This document shows, piece by piece, positions 38,558 to 47,912 of a stretch of 64,000 bases of DNA. Origin of the DNA: an uncultured Pseudomonadota bacterium (GTDB taxonomy: Bacteria > Myxococcota_A > UBA796 > SXON01). The number at the start of each line of letters is the position of its first letter. Position 1 is the first letter of the stretch. The DNA is taken from positions 2,088 to 66,087 of the forward strand of contig CAITDR010000124.1 in NCBI GenBank assembly GCA_903891165.1, written 5' to 3'. The position numbers and the translations under genes were made by a program. The notes beneath the pieces were generated by a model, which was given only the letters and a program-made list of their open reading frames with translations, ran no database searches and was not told the DNA's origin.

Positions 38558-39171
38558 CCCCCTGTGCCGGTGGATACCGCGATCACGGCCGCCGACACCT
38601 GGATGTCCACCGTCACGTCCTGCGTTCCACCGGGCGCAGGTGCCTGATCCACAAACAGGTAGAAGGGCATCAGCCCGTGCTTGTCGCTCTCCCCGGTCAT
38701 CATGTTGGGCCGGAACGGGGCTCCGGTGTCGCTCACCGGGGTGGTGTACGTGCCCGAGATCTGGAAGAACTGCTGCTTTTCCGCGTCGAAATATTCGGGG
38801 CAGCCCTCTGCAGTGGGGTCGCCCACGCAGGCTTCAAAGGGGCCTTCCACAATCTCGATGGCCGCTTCCGGGATCACATAGATGTTTACGGCGTTGGTGT
38901 AGACCGTTACCGCGATTTTTTCCTGGGGGACATCCTGAGGATTGGTCACCAGCGCCCGCATAAAGATCAGGTTCCCGATGCCATCCGCCGGGTCACAGTC
39001 CGCAAGGTAGGCGCCCTCGTTGGCGTAGTCGTCCAACGCGCAGCTATTGGAACATTTGGCGTACCGGCAGCCCTCAGCAAAATTAATCGCCCCGGGTGCG
39101 GCGGACACCGTAGACCCGAATTCGGCCACGTAGGGGCCTGAGCAGGCCAGCAGTCCAAGCAGCGTGATCAT
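38554..39171 (-). CDS. Cys-rich lipoprotein
   Basis: LLAC lipobox at residue 10; six further Cys. Confidence 0.7.
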   Translation of the reverse strand: MITLLGLLACSGPYVAEFGSTVSAAPGAINFAEGCRYAKCSNSCALDDYANEGAYLADCDPADGIGNLIFMRALVTNPQDVPQEKIAVTVYTNAVNIYVIPEAAIEIVEGPFEACVGDPTAEGCPEYFDAEKQQFFQISGTYTTPVSDTGAPFRPNMMTGESDKHGLMPFYLFVDQAPAPGGTQDVTVDIQVSAAVIAVSTGTGG

Positions 39172-40265
39172 CCCAACCTCTTCAGCGCATCCACCAGCGC
39201 GGGGACTTCTTCCATCGTCAGCTTCCTCAGTACCACCTCTCCAGGGGCCTGCGGTACAACAATCTTGAGCATACCACGCGCGCGCTTCTTGTCGAAGCCT
39301 ATCGCCCGCGCCAGCGCTCCTGCATCCGCCTCAAAGGGCAGTTTTTGCGGTAATCCCATCCTTCCCAGGAGCCCGTGGATGCGCTGTGGCAGCTCCCTCT
39401 CGGTGAGCCACCCCCGCCCCCACCCAAACCTTGCCACTGCGAGGATCCCGAGTCCTACGGCCTCTCCGTGCCCGAGCCTCCCGTAGCCTCCCACCGTCTC
39501 GATGGCGTGCCCCAGCGTGTGCCCCAGGTTCAGCACCGCCCTCGGTCCGGCCTCCCTCTCGTCGGCCTCCACCAGCCTTGCTTTGGTGCGGATGGACGCT
39601 TCTATCACCTTCGCCAGACCTTCCGGGTCCCTCTGCAACAGCGCCGGGGCCATCCTCTCACAGTCGGCGAGAGCAACTTCTCCCTCGATCAGCGCATGTT
39701 TGACCACCTCTCCGAGTCCGGACCTCAGATCCACTTCGGCCAGACTCTCCAGGCTCTTGAGCGCTGCCCACACCAGCACCGGCTGGTAAAAACTCCCGAC
39801 AAGGTTTTTGCCAGCTTCGGTGTTTACGCCGGTTTTTCCACCGACGGAGGCATCAACCATGGCCAGAAGTGTGGTAGGAACCTGCACAAAAGGGATACCT
39901 CTCATCACGGTGGCGGCGGCAAAACCCACGATGTCCCCGGTCACCCCGCCCCCCAGTGCCAGCACCGGTGTCGTCCGGTCCACCCCCAGGTTCACCAGCG
40001 CCTCCACCAGCCTTCCCCAGGTCTGGAGATTTTTGTGCGCCTCTCCGTCGGGGATCTCCAGCTCCTCCACCTTCCACCCCTCCGCCTCCAGCTCCCTCCG
40101 CACCACCGCCCCGTACAGCGCCCCCACCGTCGGGTTGCTGACCACCACGCAGCGATCCCCCTCCTGCACCCCTCGTAGCTCGGCCCCAAGCCCACGGAAA
40201 TCGGAGGCCACCACCACGTTGTAGCTCCGCTCTCCCAGCCCTATCTCTTGACGCGTCAAGCGCAA
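39168..40265 (-). CDS. aroB: 3-dehydroquinate synthase
   Basis: GEAHK, LGGGVTGD, PTTLLAMVDASVGGKTG, LNLGHTLGHAIE, HGEAV. Confidence 0.97.
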   Translation of the reverse strand: MRLTRQEIGLGERSYNVVVASDFRGLGAELRGVQEGDRCVVVSNPTVGALYGAVVRRELEAEGWKVEELEIPDGEAHKNLQTWGRLVEALVNLGVDRTTPVLALGGGVTGDIVGFAAATVMRGIPFVQVPTTLLAMVDASVGGKTGVNTEAGKNLVGSFYQPVLVWAALKSLESLAEVDLRSGLGEVVKHALIEGEVALADCERMAPALLQRDPEGLAKVIEASIRTKARLVEADEREAGPRAVLNLGHTLGHAIETVGGYGRLGHGEAVGLGILAVARFGWGRGWLTERELPQRIHGLLGRMGLPQKLPFEADAGALARAIGFDKKRARGMLKIVVPQAPGEVVLRKLTMEEVPALVDALKRLG

Positions 40266-40717
40266 AGGGCCTCCACCGCATCGGCGACTCGTTCAGGGTC
40301 TTCTTCCGCTTCTACCCATGGACCGGCCAGGCGCCAGCTCTCCTGCCGGGCGGTCCATAGTGCCTCCATCTGCCCTCCGAGCGGTCGCCCACTGCCGACG
40401 ATTCTCCGCGCCAATACGGCTACGGGTGCCATCAGCACTACCACCTTCCACTCCGATAGCAGCGCCCGGTTTGTGTCCGCGACCACCGTCCCTCCCCCTA
40501 GCGCAAGGACTCCCTCTTTTCCGACGATCGTCTCCAGCGTGGCCGTCTCCCGCCGCCGGAAGCCGACCTCTCCTTCTTTTGCCCATAGGGCAGGAATGTC
40601 GCCAATCTCCTGGTCCAGATCCACAAAGGGGCGCCCATGCCGCGCGGCAAGCAGCCTTCCCACGGTGCTCTTTCCGGCCCCCATGGGCCCGGCGAGGGCC
40701 AGCCTTCCCGGAATCAC
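40256..40717 (-). CDS. aroK: Shikimate kinase
   Basis: GPMGAGKST, FVDLD, GE..FR..E, LALGGG, RPL; GTG start overlaps the pilQ stop. Confidence 0.92.
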   Translation of the reverse strand: MIPGRLALAGPMGAGKSTVGRLLAARHGRPFVDLDQEIGDIPALWAKEGEVGFRRRETATLETIVGKEGVLALGGGTVVADTNRALLSEWKVVVLMAPVAVLARRIVGSGRPLGGQMEALWTARQESWRLAGPWVEAEEDPERVADAVEALCA

Positions 40718-43140
40718 TGGCTGGCGGAGGGATCTTCGTCCACCGGCACGATCCGCGGGGTGATGAAGATCAACATCTCGTTCTGCTCCCGCGTGCTGGA
40801 GCTGTTCCGGAACAGGTAGCCAATCAGCGGGATCTTTCCAAGTCCGGGGACCCTCTCCTGCGCGAAGGTCTCGGTGGTGGCGTAGGCCCCGCCGATCACT
40901 GCGGTGTCGCCATCGGCCACCAGCACCCGTGTGTTCATCTGCTTGGTCTGGATGGCCGGCTGCCCTTGGATGACCCGCGCAAAGTCGGGCCGGTCGTTGG
41001 TCAGGCTGATGTCCAGGAAGATGTAGCCCTCCGACGTGATGTGCGGGGTGACTTCCAGTTCCAGTGCGGCCTTCACAAATTGGACCTGCGTACCGCCGTT
41101 GGAGGTGGAGAGGTAGGGGATCCTGGCGCCCTGCTCCACATTTGCGGTCTCGTTGTCCATCACCCGCAGCTTGGGGGCGGACACGGTGCGTGCCCAACCT
41201 TCGGCCTCCATCGCGGCGAGTCGCACATTCAGGTCGATCAATCCGGGGATACTGCCCAGGCTGAAGTCCAAGGCCGACGAAGGGCCGTCCGGTCCCATGT
41301 CCACCGAAAGTGTGTTCCCGATGGAAGAGGGGAAAAAGGCGCCGGTGGGGAAGCCGGTGGCGGCCGAGGCGTCCAGACTCCCACCCCAGGTGATACCGAG
41401 GCTCCTCGAAAAGTTGCTGCTCGCCTCGACAAAGCGGGCGTCGATGGTGATCTGCCGCGTGGGCCGGTCCACCTGGATCAACAGCTGCCGCACTTTGGCG
41501 AGGTAGTCCTCGGCATCCCGCACAATGAGCTGGTTGCTCCGGGCATCCACTTCGACCGAACCCCGCTCAGACAGGATGGACTCCACCTGCTTGATCAGCT
41601 CGTCGGCCTGCGCGTAGTTCAGCGGGGCGACATAGATGCCCAGCGGCGCCAGCTTTTCCTGAGAAATCTGGGCGTCCAACGCGGCCTGTTGCTCGGCCTT
41701 GATCTGCTCCAGCGGCGCAACCCGGATGATGTTTCCGAACTGCTGTGCGCCCAGGCCCTTGGCCTGCAACACCGCTGCGAGGGCTTCGTCCCAGGGCACA
41801 TCTTCCAATCGAACGGTGACTTTCCCGCTTACATCGTCGGAAGAGACGATGTTGATATCCCCGTATTCTGCAATAAACCGGAATACGGTGTGGATGTCGG
41901 CGTCCTGCAGGTCGATGCTGACCCGCCGCCCGGTGTAGTTGCGCCCGCCGGTATTGGCTTCCGTCGCAAAGGCGAAGGCATCCGGTGAGCCAGATCCGTC
42001 GGATCCCAGCTTGGACTGAGGGTCCACCCGCCTTCCGGTGCCGGTGATCATCACCTCGCTTCCCATGGCGTTGGAGAGGGTCCCGGTGCCGTTGGTGTCC
42101 GGCCCGGAGGGAGCGGCCGCGGCGGCACGCTGGAGTGCCCGGTCACGCTGGGCGAGGATCTCGGGAGGGGTAGCAATTTCAAGTACATACAGCTCACCCT
42201 CTCGGGAAACACTGTAGGTGCTGTTCATCCTCAGTTGGATGGATACCCGTGTACCGTCCCGGGTGGCGTAGGCGCGGATTTCATCCACGGCCGAGGCGAA
42301 GAAGCGGGTGTCCAGCTGCCGCCGTAGTGAGCCCGGCATCACCGCACCCTTCAGGTCGATGACGATCATGTCGGCACGCGGGGTGCTGACCACCGGATCC
42401 ACCATCTTCAGGCCGAGGATGACCCGGCTGGACTTGTCCCTCTGCTGGAAGTCCAGCGAGGTGAGCACGGCACCTTCGGCGACGGCCTGGGGACCGGAGA
42501 GCCGAATGCCCTCGGAGTTGTTTGTGTCCGGAGTCGGAAGTGCGGCCTGGCTGGAGCTGGAAGCAGGAGCGGGGGTCGGGGTGGGCGCAGGCGCCGGGCT
42601 CGGAGCGGGGGCCGCGGGTTCGGGCGGGGGCTCGTCGGCCAGGGCGGGATCGTCCGCCGGGGCCGGCTCAGCGGGGGCCGATGTGGCCACCGGCGCAGGC
42701 GCGGGCTCGTCCATCCCCTGCTTTTCGGGCAGCGCCGCGAGGGGATCCTCGATGGTGCCGGGGATCAGGGTCAGCACGATGCTGTTTCCCTCCACCCGCG
42801 CTTCGTGCTGGGCATCCCCCGTCAAAAACAGGGTGAGCCGCACATTTTCGGCACCGTCCTGGAAGGAGGAGAACTCAGCCTTGCTGACCAGCCCGCCACT
42901 GCTGACTTCGGGCGCGGGGCCCAGCGCCGCGCCGGTGATGTCCACCACGAGCCTGCTGGGGTTGCTGGCCCGGAAGATGCTGTAGGAGGCGGTGGAGGTG
43001 GACAGGCGGATCTGCACGACGGTGCTGTTGCCGGAGGCGCTGATCGCCACACCGTCCACCGAAGCAGGCTCGGCCGCAAAAACAGGCGCCGAAAAGAGGG
43101 ACGCCACCACAAGAAGAGCCGCGAGGCCGACCGGCTTCAT
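40714..43140 (-). CDS. pilQ: Type IV pilus secretin PilQ
   Basis: Two AMIN domains with a Pro/Ala linker, YTGRRVSIDLQDADI, VPWDEAL, secretin C-terminus LIFITPRIV; GGAG Shine-Dalgarno before ATG 43140. Confidence 0.95.
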   Translation of the reverse strand: MKPVGLAALLVVASLFSAPVFAAEPASVDGVAISASGNSTVVQIRLSTSTASYSIFRASNPSRLVVDITGAALGPAPEVSSGGLVSKAEFSSFQDGAENVRLTLFLTGDAQHEARVEGNSIVLTLIPGTIEDPLAALPEKQGMDEPAPAPVATSAPAEPAPADDPALADEPPPEPAAPAPSPAPAPTPTPAPASSSSQAALPTPDTNNSEGIRLSGPQAVAEGAVLTSLDFQQRDKSSRVILGLKMVDPVVSTPRADMIVIDLKGAVMPGSLRRQLDTRFFASAVDEIRAYATRDGTRVSIQLRMNSTYSVSREGELYVLEIATPPEILAQRDRALQRAAAAAPSGPDTNGTGTLSNAMGSEVMITGTGRRVDPQSKLGSDGSGSPDAFAFATEANTGGRNYTGRRVSIDLQDADIHTVFRFIAEYGDINIVSSDDVSGKVTVRLEDVPWDEALAAVLQAKGLGAQQFGNIIRVAPLEQIKAEQQAALDAQISQEKLAPLGIYVAPLNYAQADELIKQVESILSERGSVEVDARSNQLIVRDAEDYLAKVRQLLIQVDRPTRQITIDARFVEASSNFSRSLGITWGGSLDASAATGFPTGAFFPSSIGNTLSVDMGPDGPSSALDFSLGSIPGLIDLNVRLAAMEAEGWARTVSAPKLRVMDNETANVEQGARIPYLSTSNGGTQVQFVKAALELEVTPHITSEGYIFLDISLTNDRPDFARVIQGQPAIQTKQMNTRVLVADGDTAVIGGAYATTETFAQERVPGLGKIPLIGYLFRNSSSTREQNEMLIFITPRIVPVDEDPSASQ

Positions 43141-43178
43141 GAACGCTCCACAATCTACTTTGTTCAGCTTCGACGTCA

Positions 43179-43688
43179 TCAAGGCTTCCCCCCACCTGCA
43201 CCCAGCTTGAGCTGGACCGGATTCACCACCAGCTCGTCGTCGATGGACTTGTACTCTTCGGTGACCACCACCAGACCATCCTGGATCGCCGTGACTTTGC
43301 CCCAATTCCGGCCCACATAGGAGCCGAGCTTCACCACATGACCCACCCCTTCGGGGTCGATGAGCATGGCCCGCGGGGAGTCGGTGCCAAAAATGATTCC
43401 GCGCAACACGTAGCGCTCGACATCCCATCGCTGTAGGGGCGGCTGATTCCCATCTTCTCCCGGCAGCTCTACGTTCCGCTGGGAGATGAAGCTCTGGAAG
43501 GGATCCCGCTTTCCGGCAGGGTTGTAGGCATACTCAGGCACCACTTCGGCGGCGCTGGGATCGTCCTTTTTGGCCTCGGTTTTGGCAGGCGCCACCGGAG
43601 CAGTCGGCTTGGCCCCAGAGGAGTTGGCGTCCACCACCTCCCCACAGGCCACCAGCAGAAGCATCGCGAGCGACATCGTGTACCTCAC
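43179..43688 (-). CDS. pilP: Type IV pilus lipoprotein PilP
   Basis: LVAC lipobox, YNPAGKRDPF, G.YVGRNWGKV. Confidence 0.93.
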   Translation of the reverse strand: MRYTMSLAMLLLVACGEVVDANSSGAKPTAPVAPAKTEAKKDDPSAAEVVPEYAYNPAGKRDPFQSFISQRNVELPGEDGNQPPLQRWDVERYVLRGIIFGTDSPRAMLIDPEGVGHVVKLGSYVGRNWGKVTAIQDGLVVVTEEYKSIDDELVVNPVQLKLGAGGGKP

Positions 43689-44305
43689 TTCTTCTTCTTC
43701 TTCTGGGCTTCCAGTTCTTTGTTCCGCTTGATCTCTTCTTCGGTAAGGAACCGGTAGGTCACAACCTTGCCGGAGACCGTCAGCACGGTATCCCCTGCAT
43801 TTTCGGCGGCATCCGAGAGCAGCACGTCCGCCACCGAGACGATACGGTTCATCTTCGACACTTTGTCGAAGAAGGTCCCCACCTCGTGGAAGCCGCCGTC
43901 CATCACGATCTGCACGGGAACTTCGGCGTAGTACTCCTTCATCACCTCGGGCAGTGGCTGGAACTTACGGACTTCCAGGCCTGATTTGCGGGCGAGGCCG
44001 TCGATGTCAGACAGCAGCGCGGGGATCTCCCGGCCCTCCGGCAGCTCCCGCAGGGCTTTTTGAAGCTCGGCAGAAAGCTGCTGCACCTTTGCCGCAAAGG
44101 CGGGACGGTTGGCAGCACGCCGGGTGGCTTCGTCCCGTTTGGCGGACAGCTCGGAATTTTTCGCGTTTGCCGCAGAGATTCCGTCCAGTGTGGGCGAGAT
44201 CAGCACAAAGAAGGCTGCGACCAGGATCAGGAGATAGCCCAGGGCGAAGGTCAAAAAACGCTGCGAGCGCGGCAGCTTGTAGAAGCGATCCATGAGCTGG
44301 TTCAT
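43685..44305 (-). CDS. pilO: Type IV pilus assembly protein PilO
   Basis: N-terminal TM, LPEGREIPALL, YYAEVPV, G.FHE...FFD.V..M.RIV. Confidence 0.93.
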   Translation of the reverse strand: MNQLMDRFYKLPRSQRFLTFALGYLLILVAAFFVLISPTLDGISAANAKNSELSAKRDEATRRAANRPAFAAKVQQLSAELQKALRELPEGREIPALLSDIDGLARKSGLEVRKFQPLPEVMKEYYAEVPVQIVMDGGFHEVGTFFDKVSKMNRIVSVADVLLSDAAENAGDTVLTVSGKVVTYRFLTEEEIKRNKELEAQKKKKK

Positions 44306-46047
44306 GTGCCACTGCCTCCGGGCGCGGGTGCGGCGGGTGCGGCCCCTTCAGGCTTCTTGGCGTCCTTCGTCGCATCCTCCACTTTCTGGCTGGTAAGCCG
44401 CGAGGTGAGCTTGAAGTCCTTCAACAGCACTCCGTTGGCTGCATTCGCCCCTTTGAGCTTCGAAGCTTCGATATCCTGGAGGAAGACCTGTTCGAAAGAC
44501 TCAGTCTTGTCCAGGCTCCGTAAGAATTGGCTGATGACTTCGTTGCTGACGGACGTACCTTTGACCTCGATCTGGTCGCCCTTCTGGGTCAGGCTGACCA
44601 GCTGCACCTTGTCCGGTGTGGCGGTCGCCAGATCGTCCAGCATGTGGACCGGCCCGGTCTTCTGCGCGCGCAGCGCACCGATGACCTGAAGTTTGGTCTG
44701 CAGATCCTTCTCCATGGTCTCCAGCTCTTCCACGGCGGCCACGTCGGTCGCCGCCTGGTCGATGGCCGCCTGCAGCGCCTTGGTCTGCCCCTGCACCGCC
44801 GAGAGCTGGATCTGAAAGACCCCCCACAGCGCCAGCGCCACCCCCACGGTGATACCTGCACCCACCCCGCCCAACAGCAGATCCCGGCGGATCGCCTCGG
44901 CTTTCCGGGTCTGCCGGATAGGCAGCAGGTTGACACGGATGATGGACCGGGTCTCGCCCTTGACCGGCGGGGTCCGGTTGTCGTCCATGTAGCGCAGCGC
45001 CAGACCCACCGCGATGCCTGCCTGCGGGGCGGTATCGCGGAGATAGCCAGGTTGGAAGCCACGCTCGTCGATCACGATCCGACGGAAGGGGTCCACCACT
45101 TCCACCGGGCAGCCGCAGAAGCGCTCCAGCGCGCTCTTCAGCCCCGGCGTGCTGGCCGCCCCACCGGCGATGTACAGGTAGGAGAGGTTCCCGCCGCCCG
45201 CGGTGGACAGGTAAAAGTCCAGGGAGCGATGGACTTCTCCGGCGATGTTGTCGGAGACCGCCGAGAGCACCCGCTCCACTTCTTCGGGCACCACCGCGGC
45301 CCGATCCCGCTCTGCACCGCCGCCGGTCTTAAATGCCTCGGCCTCTTCATAGGAAATATTAAGTGCGCGCTGGATTTCTTCCGTGTACGCACGTCCGCCC
45401 ATGCCGATGTCGCGCGTGAAGGTACTCACCCCACGCCGCAGCACGTTCAGGTTCACCACCCCCGCTCCGACATTTACCAGGGCCACCAGATCCCCGGGAT
45501 TGTCGTAGTTGAGATTGAACATATTCTCCATGGCAAAGGCGGCGACATCGATCACCACCGGCCGGAGCCCAGCCTCCATCACCACACTGGTGTACTCGTT
45601 CACCAGTTCCTTGCGCGCGGCGACCAACAGCACGTCCATCTGCCCGGCCTCGTCGGCCTTCCCCTGGAGCACATGGGCATCCAGGTTGACGTCGTTCACG
45701 TCGAAGGGGATGTACTGCTCTGCCTCCCAGGGCAGAGATTCTTCCATTTCATCCTGCGTCATCACCGGAAGGGAGATACGCTTGATGATGACGGAATTCC
45801 CAGAGATGCCGACCACGGCATCCTTGGTTTTAATCTTGTTCTTCGCCAACAACTCCTTGATTGTGGAGACGATGGCGGTGGTATTCATGAAGGCGCCGTC
45901 GACGATCGCCTCCGGCGGGAGCGCGGCAATGCCGAAATTCTTCAGGCGATACTTGCCATTACGCTCGCGCTCAAGCTCCAAAAGCTTCACATAGCTGGAG
46001 CCGATGTCCAGCGCGACGGTACTCGCTTTGCGGGAAAGCAGGGCCAA
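44302..46047 (-). CDS. pilM: PilM-PilN fusion protein
   Basis: PilM actin-like domain (LDIGSS, WEAEQYIPF, GLALR) continues in frame into PilN (IRVNLLP, TM, coiled coil). Confidence 0.88.
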   Translation of the reverse strand: MALLSRKASTVALDIGSSYVKLLELERERNGKYRLKNFGIAALPPEAIVDGAFMNTTAIVSTIKELLAKNKIKTKDAVVGISGNSVIIKRISLPVMTQDEMEESLPWEAEQYIPFDVNDVNLDAHVLQGKADEAGQMDVLLVAARKELVNEYTSVVMEAGLRPVVIDVAAFAMENMFNLNYDNPGDLVALVNVGAGVVNLNVLRRGVSTFTRDIGMGGRAYTEEIQRALNISYEEAEAFKTGGGAERDRAAVVPEEVERVLSAVSDNIAGEVHRSLDFYLSTAGGGNLSYLYIAGGAASTPGLKSALERFCGCPVEVVDPFRRIVIDERGFQPGYLRDTAPQAGIAVGLALRYMDDNRTPPVKGETRSIIRVNLLPIRQTRKAEAIRRDLLLGGVGAGITVGVALALWGVFQIQLSAVQGQTKALQAAIDQAATDVAAVEELETMEKDLQTKLQVIGALRAQKTGPVHMLDDLATATPDKVQLVSLTQKGDQIEVKGTSVSNEVISQFLRSLDKTESFEQVFLQDIEASKLKGANAANGVLLKDFKLTSRLTSQKVEDATKDAKKPEGAAPAAPAPGGSGT

Positions 46048-46276
46048 GACGAACCCCCAGGCTCCCCGGTTTTAGCCCAAGAAGACATGCCCGGTCAACC
46101 ACTCTTGAGGGTCATCCCCAGGAACAGGCTTTCCTCGTTCCCTTCTTGGGAAATTTTTTCCCACTCGCCCGTGACGGGGAAACGGCGGCGGCGCAATCGG
46201 GGAGGATCCGCACTCTATCAGCATAGGCGGAGACTGACCTTGACGCTGTTCTTGACAGGTCAAGATCTGGAGCGCC

Positions 46277-47170
46277 TCAGAAGCGGCCGCGGGTCTTCCG
46301 AAAATCCTCCCCGCTGACCGGTACCAGGTTCACCACCTCATAGAGTCGGGAGTAGACCCGCTCGCCCAGCCGGTCGTCCAAGCTCTCCAGGCTGCCCGCC
46401 GCGAGGCTGCCACTCTGGGGGCTGCGACTGCGGTTTTCGTTGCCCTTCAGCGGGAAGTTGGTGGTCGCCAGGATCCGGCGCCGCGCGTTGTAGCGCCGGG
46501 TGATGATCTCGTCGATCACCGAAAGCTCAAACTCGGTCTTCCGCCCCTTCCCCAGCTCGTCGATGGCCAGGATCGGCACCTGCACCAGGGGGGTCAGGGT
46601 GACCGCCTCGCCATCCCCCCGGTCAAAACCCTCACGGATCGAGCTGATCAGGTGGGTGAACTCCACAAAGCGGCACTCCACACCATAGCGGAAGATCAGC
46701 TCCCGGAGTGCACCGACCATCAGGTGGGTCTTGCCCCGGCCGGGCTCCCCTAGCCAAACCATCCCCTGCTGCGCACTGTTCTGCGGGTCAAAGGTATCCA
46801 ACCAGCGCCGGGTGATGGTCCATGGCTCCCGACGCCCCTCCATCTCCGACCGGAAAGTCTCCAGCGTACACAGCGCATGGCGGGAGGGGATCCTTGCCCG
46901 GTTGAACATGGCGATTCGGTCGGGCAACATCTGGCAGCGACAGCGTAGTACCCGCATCACCTTCCCGCTCCGCAGCGAGGCGCCCGCCTGCAGGGGGTGG
47001 GCCTTGGGGTTGCCGGTGGGCCAGGTAAGCGCGTCGGCCTGCTCCACCTCGACCCGGCCGCTGCCCCTACAGCGTGGACAGAGCTCCTGCGGCAGCAAAT
47101 GGGCTTCGGCAAAAGTCCCGGAAGCGTCTATCGAAAAGCCCTCATGCCACTGCACGTTCCAGCTCCTCAC
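46277..47170 (-). CDS. DnaC/IstB-like AAA+ ATPase with an N-terminal Zn finger
   Basis: CPRC.GSG...CRC, GEPGRGKTHL, LAIDELGK, RRYN, TTN, GERVYSRL; start uncertain. Confidence 0.85.
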   Translation of the reverse strand: MRSWNVQWHEGFSIDASGTFAEAHLLPQELCPRCRGSGRVEVEQADALTWPTGNPKAHPLQAGASLRSGKVMRVLRCRCQMLPDRIAMFNRARIPSRHALCTLETFRSEMEGRREPWTITRRWLDTFDPQNSAQQGMVWLGEPGRGKTHLMVGALRELIFRYGVECRFVEFTHLISSIREGFDRGDGEAVTLTPLVQVPILAIDELGKGRKTEFELSVIDEIITRRYNARRRILATTNFPLKGNENRSRSPQSGSLAAGSLESLDDRLGERVYSRLYEVVNLVPVSGEDFRKTRGRF

Positions 47171-47846
47171 AGATGCGGGTCATCGAAAACTCGGGGTAGC
47201 GACGGCGCAGACTATCCCGGGCACGCTCTTCGGCGGCGCGCTGCAGGCCACTTTCGCCCAGGAGCGCGGCGAGATCCTCCAGGTCCTTACTCGCCTGTTC
47301 GAGAAGTGCAGGATGTTCGGGACGGTGCAGCTCCCACAGAGCGGCGTGCAGCTCGCGCACGATGTGGCAGGCCTGCTGCAGGCGCGCCTCCAGGTCGCCC
47401 GACAGGCTGTGCAAGCGCCCTCGGGCGGCCGCCAGAAGCGCCTCCTCCCCCTCCACCGGGCTTCCTTCGGGGGTCGGCAGCTCCAAGGGGGCAGGCAGCT
47501 TGCCGGCCCGCAGCTTTTTGAGCGTGGCTTCGCAGGCGTCCAGATGAAAAGGATGGCGCGCACGGCGGGCGACGCGGCGGGCGGCCACCTGCTCGATGGC
47601 CACCAGGATGCTGCTGACCGGGTGACCGGCCTCCAGCCAGGTCACCAGCAAGCGGCCGTCCTTCCCGGAGAGAAAAGGAGCCCCGCCCCGCGCCTGGACA
47701 AACCATGCGCGCACCTCCTCCGCGGCGGCCGCCAGAGACTCCGGGACTTCGGTTCCAAATACGCCGCTCCCTTCGCCCACGATCTCTGTTCCCTCACGCA
47801 GCTCTTCCAGATGTTCCACCTTTTCCCCCTCTCCCGGCGTCGCCAT
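47142..47846 (-). CDS. Hypothetical protein with a DnaD/DnaB_2-like N-terminal domain
   Basis: F...RG....LS.KD..L...W...G.P...IL.AI pattern; overlaps the DnaC-like gene. Confidence 0.5.
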   Translation of the reverse strand: MATPGEGEKVEHLEELREGTEIVGEGSGVFGTEVPESLAAAAEEVRAWFVQARGGAPFLSGKDGRLLVTWLEAGHPVSSILVAIEQVAARRVARRARHPFHLDACEATLKKLRAGKLPAPLELPTPEGSPVEGEEALLAAARGRLHSLSGDLEARLQQACHIVRELHAALWELHRPEHPALLEQASKDLEDLAALLGESGLQRAAEERARDSLRRRYPEFSMTRICEELERAVA

Positions 47847-47912
47847 GTGGCGGCTTTTCTATTATCCTTGGCGGCCATGCTGCGGGGGCTTCCGCGGCAA
47901 GCCGGAGCCTGT

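Noticed and set aside
39168-43140. pilQ-aroK-aroB linkage as a novelty
   Set aside because: Well-known conserved gene order in many Gram-negative bacteria
43141-43428. N-terminal extension of PilQ in the ORF track
   Set aside because: Overlaps pilP; the signal peptide and GGAG Shine-Dalgarno place the start at 43140
46277-47170. IS21 element (IstB)
   Set aside because: No IstA transposase or terminal inverted repeats; the Zn finger and partner gene fit a DnaC-type loader better
44527-47912. ORF 44527-46317 and the N-terminal half of ORF 46731-49148
   Set aside because: Antisense to pilMN and the DnaC/DnaD-like genes; the real gene starts at 47913 with a Shine-Dalgarno and signal peptide
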